A DNA stretch of 64,000 bases from Desulfobacterales bacterium (GCA_021647905.1 JAKITW010000004.1:2123-66122); one strand, 5' to 3'. Counted from the first letter of the stretch, positions 27,029-36,555 are shown. Notes: generated by a model not told the origin, from the letters alone. Numbers and translations are program-made.

Positions 27029-27843
27029 ACGGATTCGGCAAAACCCTTTTTTTTATTATTAGGGTCCAGCCCCTTTTTTATCCCTTGCGCAAGTCGATCA
27101 CCCCCCAGCAACAGGGTCTGCAGCCAGCGGACCCCCAGCCGCAGCAGTTCGGTATCATTGTCCAGGGCCGCCTCCCGGGTCGCCGGGTCAAGGGTAAAAT
27201 CCTTGCCAAGTCCCGGCCCGGCCACCAGGGCCCGGAATTCATCCAGCCGGTACAGGGCAAGGATGAACCGGTCGCGCTCATCCTTGCTCAACACCAGCCC
27301 CCTCCTGACCCGGGGGTGGTGGAACAGAAAGAGCAGCTCATCGTTGATCCGGTTGTACTCGAGCAACCCCTGGTCCGCGATCCACTGGTCCACGGTCCAG
27401 GTCCGGGCCTGGTCATTAAAGCCCCGGCAATGGGGCTCCCTGACCAGGACATGGAACTCCTCCCGGCGGGCGTTGCGGCCGAGCATCGCGGCCCGGCCCA
27501 CCGGATAGGCCCGGCAGGCGCCGGGCCGGCCGTTATAGACCGCGCAGCCGGCGGTTGAGACAAATGGGCAGCTGGCCCGGCCGTCATCCACCATGCCGAG
27601 ATAGAAGCGGGGAAAGGTTTCACCCGCCTCCTGTTCGATCACCACATGGCGATCCAGGAACTCGCTGTTGGTCAGACCCAGTTCCCGGGAGAGCCGCAGG
27701 GCGTCATAGGGGGTCAGGGCCAGCTCCAGCTCCCGGCAGCACCCGGTAAAACAGACCACCCCGGGATGGCAGGCAAAACAGAATGTCTGGTCCCGGCCAA
27801 GTTGTTCAACATGGTCCGGCAGGTGTAATCCCTGGGTCAACAT
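27025..27843 (-). CDS. YkgJ-family (UPF0153) cysteine-cluster protein, second paralogue
   Basis: FCFACHPGVVCFTGCC ... CPFVSTAGCAVYNGRPGACRAYP. I chose the ATG at 27843, just after the secDF stop. Confidence 0.7.
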   Translation of the reverse strand: MLTQGLHLPDHVEQLGRDQTFCFACHPGVVCFTGCCRELELALTPYDALRLSRELGLTNSEFLDRHVVIEQEAGETFPRFYLGMVDDGRASCPFVSTAGCAVYNGRPGACRAYPVGRAAMLGRNARREEFHVLVREPHCRGFNDQARTWTVDQWIADQGLLEYNRINDELLFLFHHPRVRRGLVLSKDERDRFILALYRLDEFRALVAGPGLGKDFTLDPATREAALDNDTELLRLGVRWLQTLLLGGDRLAQGIKKGLDPNNKKKGFAESV

Positions 27844-27850
27844 TCCGGTC

Positions 27851-30424
27851 TTACTCCTTGCGCCACAGGGAAAGCAGCGGGCTGGCCACAAAGATCGAGG
27901 AATAGGTCCCCACCAGGATCCCGACCAACAGGGCGAAAGAGAAATCGTGGATCACGGTGCCGCCCAGCAGGAACAGGGCCAGGAGCACAAAGGCGGTGGT
28001 CAGCGAGGTAACCATGGTCCGGCCCAGCACCTCGTTGACGCTCAGGTTGATGATCCCGGCGAAATCCTTTTTTACCAGTCCCTTGGAGGCCTTGTTCAGA
28101 TTCTCTCGAATCCGGTCAAAGACCACCACGCTGTCGTTTAAGGAGTAGCCGGCCAGGGTAAGGAGCGCGGTGACGATGAGCAGGGTGATCTCAATGTCCA
28201 GCAGCCAGCAGATGCCCAGAACCACCAGCACGTCATGAAAGGTGGCAATGGCCGCGGCAAACCCGAAGGTCAGATCAAAGCGGACGGCCAGGTAACAGAT
28301 TACCCCGATCAACGAAATGGCGATGGCCAGCAGGGCCTTGTCCCGCAGCGCCTCGCTCACCGAGGCGCCGATTTCGGACTGGCTCTCCATGATAAAATCA
28401 TTGCCCGGTATCTCAGCGGCCAGGGCCTTGGAGATGGCATCGCCGAGGTTGCCGACCACGGCCTCTGATTTCTTCAGCTTGACGATCAGCCGGTTCTCGT
28501 TCACCACCTGCTGCAGGTCCACCCCGCCCAGGCCGTGGGCCTGCAACGCCTTGCGCACCTTGTCCAGTTCAAAGGAGCGATCGGCATGGTACTGGATCAT
28601 GGAGCCGCCGGCAAAATCCACCCCCAGATTGGCCTTGCCCCGGACGATCTGGATAAAGGCGACCAGGCCGATTAACACAAAAATCCCGGATACGGTAAAG
28701 GTGATCTTTTTCAACCGCATGTAGTCTATTTTGGGAATACCGACAACCTGGACAAATTTAATCGGCCGCAGCCAGCGCTTGGCGTACAATACGTCATAGA
28801 CCGTCCGGGTGCCGAACAGGGTGGTGAACAGGTTGAAGAGCACGCCCAGGGAGAGGGTGACGGCAAAACCCTTGATCGGTCCGGTACCGAAAAGAAACAG
28901 GGCCAGGGCGGTGATCAGGGTGGTCACCTGGGAGTCGACAATGGTCCAGAAGGCCTTGTCATAGCCACCCTCGATCCCGGACTTGACCGACTTGCCCAGG
29001 GCAAACTCCTCGCGCATCCGCTCAAAGATCAGCACATTGGCGTCCACTGCCATGCCGATGGTGAGGATGATCCCGGCAATACCCGGCAGGGTGAGGGTGG
29101 CGCCCATGGCCGCCAGCCCGGCAAAGAGAAAAAGGATATTGAGCATCAGGGCAAAATTGGCGTTAAGCCCGGAAAAACGGTAATAAAACACCATGAAAAC
29201 CATGACCAGCGCTGTGCCGAGCAGGCCGGACATCAGGCCGCGGTCAATGGAATCCTGGCCCAGGGAGGCGCCCACGGTGAGATTCTGGATGATCGACACC
29301 GGCGCCGGCAGGGCGCCGACCCGCAGGACAATGGCCAGGTCGTTGGCCTCCTCATAGGTAAAGTTACCAGTGATCTGGGCGCTGCCGCCCAGGATCTTCT
29401 CCTGGATCACCGGCGCCGAACGGACCACCTCGTCAAGGATGATCGCAAAGCGCTTGCCCACGTTCTTCTCGGTGATCTGACCAAAGATCCGGCCACCGCG
29501 ACCAGTGAAATCAAGGCTGGTATAGGGCTCGTTAAAGTTGCCGCCGATCCGCACCTGGGCGTTCTTGACCATGTCGCCGGTCATCAATACCTGGCTTTTG
29601 ATCAACAGCGGAGTTTTCCGCTCCTGGCCGGTCTTGGGATCGACCTGCTTCTCGAAATAGATCTCCGTGCCGGGCGGCAGACGGTTCTGCAGGACCAGGT
29701 TGAGCTTTTTCCGGCCCTCGCCCGGGCGCCATTGGCCACTGTTCTCAGCCTCGCGGACCAGGGCCCCGGGGTCCACCCCGGCATCCTCGGCCAACAGCTT
29801 GAACTCCAGCTGGGCGGTCTGCCCGATCAGGTCCAGGGCCCGGTCCGGGTCCTTGATCCCGGGCAACTGCACCACGATCTCGTCCTCGCCCTGGCGGATG
29901 ATCACCGGTTCGGACACCCCGAACTGATCGATCCGGTTACGGATGATCTCCAGGGACTGGGCCACTGCATTCTTGTGAATATAGGCGACCTCCTCGCTGG
30001 TCAGGCTCAGCAGGACCCGGGGAAAGGAGCCTTGCTCGGTCTGGACCTCGATATCAAGGTTGGGGAAATCGTCCTTGATCACCTCCCGGACCGTGTTCAG
30101 GCTGTCGATATTGGGCAGGGTCAAGCGCACCACCCGCGGGTCGTCGGACTTGGTGCGCACCGCGGACACCCCTTTCTCGGCCAGACTTTCCTTCAGGTCG
30201 CTGGCCGCCAGGTCCAGGGTGTTTTCCAGGGCCTTGTCCAGGTCAACCTTGAGTACCAGATGCATGCCGCCCTGGAGGTCAAGACCGAGACGCAGCCCCT
30301 GCGGGGCCAGATACTTGCTCCACCATTCCGGGGTGGAGGGAAACAGTGACGGCGCCAGAATCACGCCGGCAAAGGCGATCGCCACCATCAAGGTGGCGAT
30401 CTTCCATTTTATGGTTCTATTCAT
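27851..30424 (-). CDS. secDF: Fused protein-export membrane protein SecD/SecF
   Basis: 857 aa. The SecD part carries LGLDLQGGMHLVLKVD and 6 TM helices. The SecF part carries GVDFAGGSMIQY and a second 6-TM bundle. Confidence 0.93.
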   Translation of the reverse strand: MNRTIKWKIATLMVAIAFAGVILAPSLFPSTPEWWSKYLAPQGLRLGLDLQGGMHLVLKVDLDKALENTLDLAASDLKESLAEKGVSAVRTKSDDPRVVRLTLPNIDSLNTVREVIKDDFPNLDIEVQTEQGSFPRVLLSLTSEEVAYIHKNAVAQSLEIIRNRIDQFGVSEPVIIRQGEDEIVVQLPGIKDPDRALDLIGQTAQLEFKLLAEDAGVDPGALVREAENSGQWRPGEGRKKLNLVLQNRLPPGTEIYFEKQVDPKTGQERKTPLLIKSQVLMTGDMVKNAQVRIGGNFNEPYTSLDFTGRGGRIFGQITEKNVGKRFAIILDEVVRSAPVIQEKILGGSAQITGNFTYEEANDLAIVLRVGALPAPVSIIQNLTVGASLGQDSIDRGLMSGLLGTALVMVFMVFYYRFSGLNANFALMLNILFLFAGLAAMGATLTLPGIAGIILTIGMAVDANVLIFERMREEFALGKSVKSGIEGGYDKAFWTIVDSQVTTLITALALFLFGTGPIKGFAVTLSLGVLFNLFTTLFGTRTVYDVLYAKRWLRPIKFVQVVGIPKIDYMRLKKITFTVSGIFVLIGLVAFIQIVRGKANLGVDFAGGSMIQYHADRSFELDKVRKALQAHGLGGVDLQQVVNENRLIVKLKKSEAVVGNLGDAISKALAAEIPGNDFIMESQSEIGASVSEALRDKALLAIAISLIGVICYLAVRFDLTFGFAAAIATFHDVLVVLGICWLLDIEITLLIVTALLTLAGYSLNDSVVVFDRIRENLNKASKGLVKKDFAGIINLSVNEVLGRTMVTSLTTAFVLLALFLLGGTVIHDFSFALLVGILVGTYSSIFVASPLLSLWRKE

Positions 30425-30517
30425 TCACCAGACTCCTAATAAACTTTCAGCTTTGACAAACCAGTAACAACTATTCCCACGCCGGCAAAGGAACCGGTGC
30501 GACTCCAGGGCCGCCGA

Positions 30518-30545
30518 ACAGGCGCGGGCAGACAGGCGCGGGCAG
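30518..30545 (-). repeat. Perfect tandem duplication, 2 x 14 nt (ACAGGCGCGGGCAG on the plus strand), in the secDF leader
   Basis: Read directly at 30518-30531 and 30532-30545. Confidence 0.95.
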
Positions 30546-30564
30546 ACATACATCAAACCGGTCG

Positions 30565-30592
30565 ATTATACCCTACCTGCAAGATGTGTCAA
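30565..30592 (-). promoter_or_regulatory. Consensus sigma70 promoter for secDF
   Basis: On the minus strand it reads TTGACA-N16-TATAAT, with both hexamers perfect, about 140 nt upstream of the ATG at 30424. Confidence 0.6.
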
Positions 30593-30694
30593 TTTGCATT
30601 CCCGGATACTATGATCAGTTACCAGTCAAACTCCCGGCCCACACCGCCCCGGTCCGGGGGGATGAAACAGGGAAACGGTCCTGTTGTATAAAAA

Positions 30695-31450
30695 TCAACC
30701 CCTGTTGATCGCCGCCGCCATGCAGGCGGCGCCGAAACCGTTGTCGATATTGACCACCGCCATGCCCGGGGCGCAACTATTGAGCATTCCGAGCAGGGCG
30801 GCGAGCCCGCCGAGACCGGTGCCGTAACCAACACTGGTGGGCACGGCAACAACCGGCCGGGCCACCAGGCCGCCCACCACGCTGGGCAGGGCACCCTCCA
30901 TGCCGGCGACCACGATCAGCACAATGGCGCTGTCAAGCAGTTCCCGGTGGGCCAGGAGCCGATGGACCCCGGCCACCCCCACGTCGTTTACCAGGGAAAC
31001 CGGATGGCCCAGGGCCCGGGCCGTAACCAGGGCCTCCTCAGCCACCGGCAGGTCCGAGGTCCCGGCCGACAGCACCAGGATCCCGCCCCGGGCGTCCGGG
31101 CATGGCTGAAAATTTTTCTCCGCGCCGGTGAGCATCCGCGCGGTCCGGTGGTAGACAAGATCGGGAAAACGAACCCGGACCGGACCGGCCTTGTCCGGGT
31201 CCACCCGGGTGGCGATCACCGGGCCGCCCGAGCCAACCATCTTGCCGATGATCCCGATGAGTTGGGCCGCGGTCTTGCCCTCGCCGTACACCACCTCCGG
31301 CATCCCGGTGCGCAGGGAGCGGTGATGGTCGAGGCAGGCAAAGCCCATCTCCTCGCTGGGCCAGTGCCGCAGCCGGTTCAGGGCCTCGTCGATCCCGCAA
31401 CCGCCGTTCTTGACCTGCAGAAGCAGCTCCTTGAGCCGGGTTGCATCCAT
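30695..31450 (-). CDS. larB: Nickel-pincer cofactor biosynthesis protein LarB (PurE-like carboxylase/hydrolase)
   Basis: FACLDHHRSLRTGMPEVVYGEGK is followed by a PurE-like AIR-carboxylase fold (VLSAGTSDLPVAEEA ... VVAGMEGALPSVVGG). Confidence 0.8.
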   Translation of the reverse strand: MDATRLKELLLQVKNGGCGIDEALNRLRHWPSEEMGFACLDHHRSLRTGMPEVVYGEGKTAAQLIGIIGKMVGSGGPVIATRVDPDKAGPVRVRFPDLVYHRTARMLTGAEKNFQPCPDARGGILVLSAGTSDLPVAEEALVTARALGHPVSLVNDVGVAGVHRLLAHRELLDSAIVLIVVAGMEGALPSVVGGLVARPVVAVPTSVGYGTGLGGLAALLGMLNSCAPGMAVVNIDNGFGAACMAAAINRG

Positions 31451-31518
31451 GGATCATTCCTTGACATTAAAGAAAATCACTTGGCAAAAACAACGATCAC
31501 CTGGTACATCTGGCAGAA

Positions 31519-32559
31519 ATGACTTCCCCTGCTCACCAACAAACCGTGCCGGAATCAAGGCTCCGTTACCCGGCCATCCGCCGGGCGGCGAGAGTGGCAC
31601 TGCTGACCTCGTTCCTGCTCCTGATCGTCAAGTTTATTGCCTACTATCTCACCGATTCCAAGGCGATCCTCTCCGATGCCCTTGAATCAATCATCAACGT
31701 GGGCACCGGCGCCTTCCTGGTAATGACCGTTGCGATCAGTTCCCAGCCGGCCGACCAGGACCATCCTTACGGACACGGCAAGATCGAGGCCTTTGCCGCC
31801 GGCCTGGAGGGCGGGCTGATCATCTTTGCGGCAATCATGATCATGGTGGAGGCGGTGCCCGCCTTTTTCAACCCCAAGCCGCTGACCAACCTGGGACCGG
31901 GTCTCTCCCTGGTGCTGGCGGCCGGCTTGATCAACCTGGGGGTCGGGCTTTATCTACTCCATTCAGGGAAAAAACTCAAATCCGATGCGCTCCGGGCCGA
32001 CGGCCACCACCTGCTCACCGATTTCTATACCAGTGCCGGGGTGATCGTCGCTCTGCTGCTGGTCCGTTTTACCGGTATTGTCTGGCTCGACCCGCTGATC
32101 GCCTGCCTGGTGGCGGTAAACATCTTCCTGCCCGGCATCAACCTGGTCCGCGGCGCCGGACGCAACCTGATGAACAAGGCAGACCCGGAACTGCTCGACC
32201 GGATCGTTGCCTGCCTCAACGAGATCAAACAACCGGGCTGGCTCTATCCCCACAAGCTGCGGGCCATCCGCTCGGGCCGCTACCACCATGTTGATCTCCA
32301 CATCTCCATGCCCCATTACTGGACCCTGGACAAGATCCATGCAACGGAACAGGAGATCACCGAGCGGCTGCTTGAGGCCATGGGCGAGGAGGGGGACGTG
32401 ATGATCCATGTGGATCCATGCGAGCCGGAGTACTGCCCCGACTGCCGGGTAACTTCATGCGGGGACCGCAAGGGCGAACAGCGGAAATCCGGGGCCTGGA
32501 CCGTGAAAGAGGTCATTGCCCCCCGCGGCTTGAATGACAAACCTGAACCGCGGGAATGA
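31519..32559 (+). CDS. Cation diffusion facilitator (CDF) family metal efflux transporter
   Basis: SDALESIINV ... DQDHPYGHGKIEA ... LRADGHHLLTD, plus a C-terminal cytoplasmic domain. Confidence 0.85.
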   Translation: MTSPAHQQTVPESRLRYPAIRRAARVALLTSFLLLIVKFIAYYLTDSKAILSDALESIINVGTGAFLVMTVAISSQPADQDHPYGHGKIEAFAAGLEGGLIIFAAIMIMVEAVPAFFNPKPLTNLGPGLSLVLAAGLINLGVGLYLLHSGKKLKSDALRADGHHLLTDFYTSAGVIVALLLVRFTGIVWLDPLIACLVAVNIFLPGINLVRGAGRNLMNKADPELLDRIVACLNEIKQPGWLYPHKLRAIRSGRYHHVDLHISMPHYWTLDKIHATEQEITERLLEAMGEEGDVMIHVDPCEPEYCPDCRVTSCGDRKGEQRKSGAWTVKEVIAPRGLNDKPEPRE

Positions 32560-32605
32560 CCAGCCGCCGGGCAAGGAGTGTACTCGACAGGTGGTCGCGC
32601 CACCC

Positions 32606-32618
32606 GGTGAACGGTTAC
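32606..32618 (+). promoter_or_regulatory. Exact copy of the 13-mer GGTGAACGGTTAC, 15 nt upstream of the rsmE ATG
   Basis: cacccGGTGAACGGTTACaaaaaaagagggatcATG. Confidence 0.5.
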
Positions 32619-32633
32619 AAAAAAAGAGGGATC

Positions 32634-33389
32634 ATGCGACACTTCTTTATCGATCCGGCCGACATCTCCGGCGCAAAAGCGGTCATCACCGGCCAGGAGG
32701 CCCGCCATCTCACCACCGTACTCCGGCTCGGGCCGGGGCAGAGAATCCATCTTTTTGACGGCACGGGCGCGGTCTATGTCGCGGAGATCAGCCATACCGG
32801 CAGGGGGGCGGTCGAGGCGACCATTTTGAAAACAGAGCAGGAGAAACAGGGACACGGCCCGCGACTCCACCTGGGACAGGCCCTGGTCAAGGCCGGCAAG
32901 ATGGATCTCATCGTTGAGAAGGCGACCGAACTGGGGGTGGCCGCGATCCATCCCTTTGTCTCCCGCTACTGCGCCATCCGGCCCGGCGCCGAACAACAAC
33001 AGCGCCGGCTCGAACGGTGGCGGAGAATCACCCGGGCCGCCTGCAAACAGTGCAACCGGCCGCTGCCGCCGGACTGCCCGGCGCCGGTCCCCCTGGACCA
33101 ATTACTGGCAACAGCCAGGGAATACGATCTGAAGATAATCTTCTGGGAAGAGGAGAAGAGCCGGAGCCTCACCGGGTTGTTCCCCGGGGCCGCCAAGACC
33201 GGCCCGCTATCATTGCTGGCCCTGGTCGGCCCGGAGGGCGGCTTCAGTGAACAGGAAGTGCTTCAGGCGATTGCCGCGGGCTTCATCCCGGTGGGCCTGG
33301 GCCGCCGGCTCCTGCGCGCCGAGACCGCCTCCCTGGCCGTGGTTGCCATCCTCCAGTACCTGCTGGGCAACCTTGAGCAACAGTCCTGA
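32634..33389 (+). CDS. rsmE: 16S rRNA (uracil1498-N3)-methyltransferase
   Basis: MRHFFIDP ... ARHLTTVLRL, then a SPOUT domain (LVGPEGGFSEQE ... LGRRLLRAETA). Confidence 0.9.
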   Translation: MRHFFIDPADISGAKAVITGQEARHLTTVLRLGPGQRIHLFDGTGAVYVAEISHTGRGAVEATILKTEQEKQGHGPRLHLGQALVKAGKMDLIVEKATELGVAAIHPFVSRYCAIRPGAEQQQRRLERWRRITRAACKQCNRPLPPDCPAPVPLDQLLATAREYDLKIIFWEEEKSRSLTGLFPGAAKTGPLSLLALVGPEGGFSEQEVLQAIAAGFIPVGLGRRLLRAETASLAVVAILQYLLGNLEQQS

Positions 33390-33433
33390 ACAACTGGGCC
33401 GGCCCCTGACCCGGGCTTCCTTTACCCGGCGGA

Positions 33434-34381
33434 CTAATCGCCCCTGGCCGGCGCCTTTGTCTCTTTGTCGATGAAATCCCTGAGAATGCCGCCGCGCCGC
33501 AGCTTTTGCTCGAAGCAGTCCTCATCGCCCCGGCATAATTCGTCGATATAGTTCAGGTGGTTGATGTTCCGGGCAATGGCCTCGGCGTAAAGATCGCGGC
33601 CAAGTCCCCAGCGCTCATAAAAGTGGCGCTTCATCACCAGGGCGATATTGTCAAGTTCGTTGATCAGGCGGGTCTGGACCACGGAGCGGTGAAACTGTTC
33701 GGTTTTCCTGAGCATCTCCAGTTCCGACTTATAGCCCGGAATCCCGCCCTCCCCGAATTCCTTGAAGAGCAGCGGCAGTTTTTCCAGGTACTTCCGATCC
33801 GCCATCTGGGCGAGCAGATCCACCGTGCCCAGGGCCTTGCCGAGCAGGGCGCAGCGTTCATTGCGAAAGGGGATCTCACCGGGCGGCAGGGTCAGAATCG
33901 TACAGTTGATCATCTGGGAACAGTCGCTGATCTCCTCGGCGTTAAAATCCAGGCCGGCGAGATAGCCGCTCATCAGCCGGATGCTCCGCTGTTCATGGCC
34001 AAGGGTATACTTGGCGCCTGTTCCCTCGATATCATCATCGGTCTGGATCAGGCCGGTGTCGTGAAACAGGGCCGCGCAGAGTCCCAGGAGCACCTCCCGC
34101 CCGGAAAACCGCTGTCCTTCGAGGGAGAGCCCGTGCAGCAGCCGGGACATGGCCAGGGTCACCATCAGGCTGTGGTCAAGGTCGTGATAGGCGGTATTGC
34201 TGGCCTGGTACCCGGGAAAATCACCGGAGAAAAGCTTGACAATGTCGTTAAAGATCTGCTCAAAGGTAGTGGAATCGAAATCAGCGGAAATCAACCCGGC
34301 AATATGGATGATTTCCATCCGCAGGGCCGGGGGGGACTCATCGGCAAGCAGGTTGTGCAGGCGGTATTTTTTATTATCCAT
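33434..34381 (-). CDS. HD-superfamily-like hypothetical protein
   Basis: YHDLDHSLMV and ALFHDTG are HD-type motifs. The family is otherwise unrecognised. Confidence 0.55.
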   Translation of the reverse strand: MDNKKYRLHNLLADESPPALRMEIIHIAGLISADFDSTTFEQIFNDIVKLFSGDFPGYQASNTAYHDLDHSLMVTLAMSRLLHGLSLEGQRFSGREVLLGLCAALFHDTGLIQTDDDIEGTGAKYTLGHEQRSIRLMSGYLAGLDFNAEEISDCSQMINCTILTLPPGEIPFRNERCALLGKALGTVDLLAQMADRKYLEKLPLLFKEFGEGGIPGYKSELEMLRKTEQFHRSVVQTRLINELDNIALVMKRHFYERWGLGRDLYAEAIARNINHLNYIDELCRGDEDCFEQKLRRGGILRDFIDKETKAPARGD

Positions 34382-34582
34382 CTCGGCGGCCCGAAGGGAG
34401 AGATCCTCTGCGGCACAAGGAATTTCTGTCCAATATCACCTGGTTACTCTTCCATAATCAATACACGATATGCTATGAATAACAAAACAGCAACCTCTTT
34501 TCACAAAAGCGGCCGCATGATCGAACAGGCCGTGCGGACACAGCGTGACAGTGTCTGAAACAGAACCGGAGCAGGGAAAACC

Positions 34583-35032
34583 ATGCGGGCGGTGGTACAA
34601 CTGGTGAACAAGGCCACGGTCCGGGTCGGCGGGCGGACCGTGGGCGCGATCGGCAGGGGGTTGATGGTCCTGCTCGGCGTGCATGCGGAGGACACGGCCA
34701 AGGATGGCACGCTGCTGGCCGGCAAGATCGTCAACCTGCGAATCTTTGCCGATGACCAGGGGTTGATGAACCGGTCGCTGCGCGAGGTGAACGGCGAGAT
34801 GCTGGTGGTGTCGCAGTTCACCCTGTACGGCGACTGCCGCAAGGGCCGGCGGCCCTCCTATGCCAGCGCGGCCCCGGCCGAGCTGGCCGACACCCTGTAC
34901 CGGTTTTTCGTCAATGAGGTGAAAAAAAGGGGGATACGGACCGCCACCGGTGAATTCCAGGCAATGATGGAGGTGGAACTGGTCAACTGCGGCCCGGTCA
35001 CCCTGATGCTCGATTCACGCAAGGGGCTCTGA
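34583..35032 (+). CDS. dtd: D-aminoacyl-tRNA deacylase
   Basis: MRAVVQLV ... GRGLMVLLGV ... VSQFTLYGD ... RPSY. Confidence 0.95.
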   Translation: MRAVVQLVNKATVRVGGRTVGAIGRGLMVLLGVHAEDTAKDGTLLAGKIVNLRIFADDQGLMNRSLREVNGEMLVVSQFTLYGDCRKGRRPSYASAAPAELADTLYRFFVNEVKKRGIRTATGEFQAMMEVELVNCGPVTLMLDSRKGL

Positions 35033-35044
35033 ACAGAGCCCCTT
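35021..35044 (+). terminator. Hairpin overlapping the dtd stop codon (AAGGGGCTCTG-AA-CAGAGCCCCTT)
   Basis: An 11-nt perfect inverted repeat with no clear T-run, so terminator function is uncertain. Confidence 0.4.
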
Positions 35045-35110
35045 GCTTATCCCGGGGCCAAGGGTCAACACGAGACCGCCGGCCGCCACTGTTTGAGGTA
35101 ACAAGCACTG

Positions 35111-35470
35111 ATGGAAAATCATAAACTGGTCCTTCCGGTAAGTTTAAATCAATATGGCTATCTGTTCGGCGGCGACCTGCTGAAATGGGTCGATGAGTAT
35201 GCCTGGATCACCGCAACCATGGACTACCCGGGGTGCAACTTCGTTACCAGGGGGATGGATAAGGTCGTTTTCAAGAAAAGCGTCCGCCAGGGCACCATCC
35301 TCAAGTTTCTCGTTGAAAAGACCAGGGCCGGAACCACCTCCGTGCAATACTGTGTCCACGTCTATCACGGCAACAGCACCGCGCAAGAAGATCTGATCTT
35401 TTCGACCCGGGTCACATTCGTGCGGATCAACGAGAACAGCGAAAAGATCCCGCTGCCCCACGCAGACTGA
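35111..35470 (+). CDS. Hotdog-fold acyl-CoA thioesterase
   Basis: 119 aa. YGYLFGGDLLKWVDEYAWITA ... VTRGMDKVVFKKSVRQG is YciA/BFIT-like. Confidence 0.8.
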   Translation: MENHKLVLPVSLNQYGYLFGGDLLKWVDEYAWITATMDYPGCNFVTRGMDKVVFKKSVRQGTILKFLVEKTRAGTTSVQYCVHVYHGNSTAQEDLIFSTRVTFVRINENSEKIPLPHAD

Positions 35471-35490
35471 CCCCGGCGGCCAGGAAAACC

Positions 35491-35520
35491 TTGAAACTTG
35501 GCCCCTGGAACACGTACAAT
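35491..35520 (+). promoter_or_regulatory. Putative sigma70-type promoter for the small ORF and the rhomboid gene
   Basis: TTGAAA-N18-TACAAT. Confidence 0.45.
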
Positions 35521-35560
35521 GGAAGCAATACAGTTGAAAACACACACCCGAGGTGCAGAT

Positions 35561-35713
35561 ATGGACCACACCCCGCGCAGCGCCATTCTCCAACGCGACA
35601 GGAAATCATACGCCATTGTCCCCCGCACCCCGGTGGGGATGAAACAGGAAGCTGCGAGCCGGAAACAGGGCCGCGCAACCAATCCCCCGCCATCCCCAGG
35701 ATTAAATAGATGA
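35561..35713 (+). CDS. 50-codon upstream ORF translationally coupled to the rhomboid gene
   Basis: The ATG at 35561 has GAGGTG 7 nt upstream, and its TGA stop overlaps the rhomboid ATG (ATGA at 35710-35713). The N-terminus, SAILQRDRKSYAIVPRTPVG, resembles the N-terminal motif of small nitrite/sulfite-reductase-type proteins. Confidence 0.4.
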   Translation: MDHTPRSAILQRDRKSYAIVPRTPVGMKQEAASRKQGRATNPPPSPGLNR

Positions 35714-36555
35714 CCCGATCCAGAACCGGACCGCTGCTCTGCCCCAACTGTAAGAAGCTGATCAGCACCTATGTAACGGAATGCCCCTACTGCGGCCTGT
35801 CCCGGCCCGGAGCCCGCTGGAAACAGCTGCGCTTCCCGGACGCGGACAACGGCGCGGCCCTGATCAGGCTCCTGATCGGGGCCAATGTTGTGATGTATGT
35901 CATTTCCCTGCTCTTCAACCCGGCGCAGACCGGTCTGTCGATGAACCCGCTCACCTTTCTCGCGCCCAGCAATGTCAGCCTCTGGCTGCTGGGCGCCACC
36001 GGCTCCTATCCCCTGCTGGTTGAACACCGCTGGTGGACGCTCATTTCCGCCAGCTACCTGCACGGCGGCATCCTCCATATCCTCTTCAACATGATCGCCT
36101 TGAACCAGCTCGGCCCGCTGGTGATCAGGGAATACGGGGCCGCGCGGATGTTCGTCATCTATACCGGCGCCGGAATCGGCGGCTACCTGCTCTCCGCCCT
36201 GGCCGGGGTCTCCCTGACCATCGGCGCCTCGGCCGCGGTCTGCGGGCTGATCGGCGCGGCCCTTTATTACGGCAAGAGCCGGGGCGGCGCCTATGGCCGG
36301 GCCGTGTACCGCCATGTGGGCGGCTGGGTGATCAGCCTGTTTATTTTCGGCCTCCTGGTACCGGGAATCAATAACTGGGGCCATGGCGGCGGCATTGCCG
36401 CCGGCCTGCTCCTGGGCCTGCTCCTGGGCTACCGGGAAAGGCGGCCGGACACCTTTGCCCACCAGCTGCTGGCCGGCGCCTGCCTGCTGCTCACCGGGCT
36501 GGTGCTGGTCTGGGCCGTACTGTCCGGGGTTCTGGCCATGATGGCGGGCCACTGA
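35710..36555 (+). CDS. Rhomboid-family intramembrane serine protease with an N-terminal zinc ribbon
   Basis: CPNCKKLISTYVTECPYCG, then YLHGGILHILFNM and GASAAVCGLIGA (the catalytic Ser and His contexts). Confidence 0.85.
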   Translation: MTRSRTGPLLCPNCKKLISTYVTECPYCGLSRPGARWKQLRFPDADNGAALIRLLIGANVVMYVISLLFNPAQTGLSMNPLTFLAPSNVSLWLLGATGSYPLLVEHRWWTLISASYLHGGILHILFNMIALNQLGPLVIREYGAARMFVIYTGAGIGGYLLSALAGVSLTIGASAAVCGLIGAALYYGKSRGGAYGRAVYRHVGGWVISLFIFGLLVPGINNWGHGGGIAAGLLLGLLLGYRERRPDTFAHQLLAGACLLLTGLVLVWAVLSGVLAMMAGH

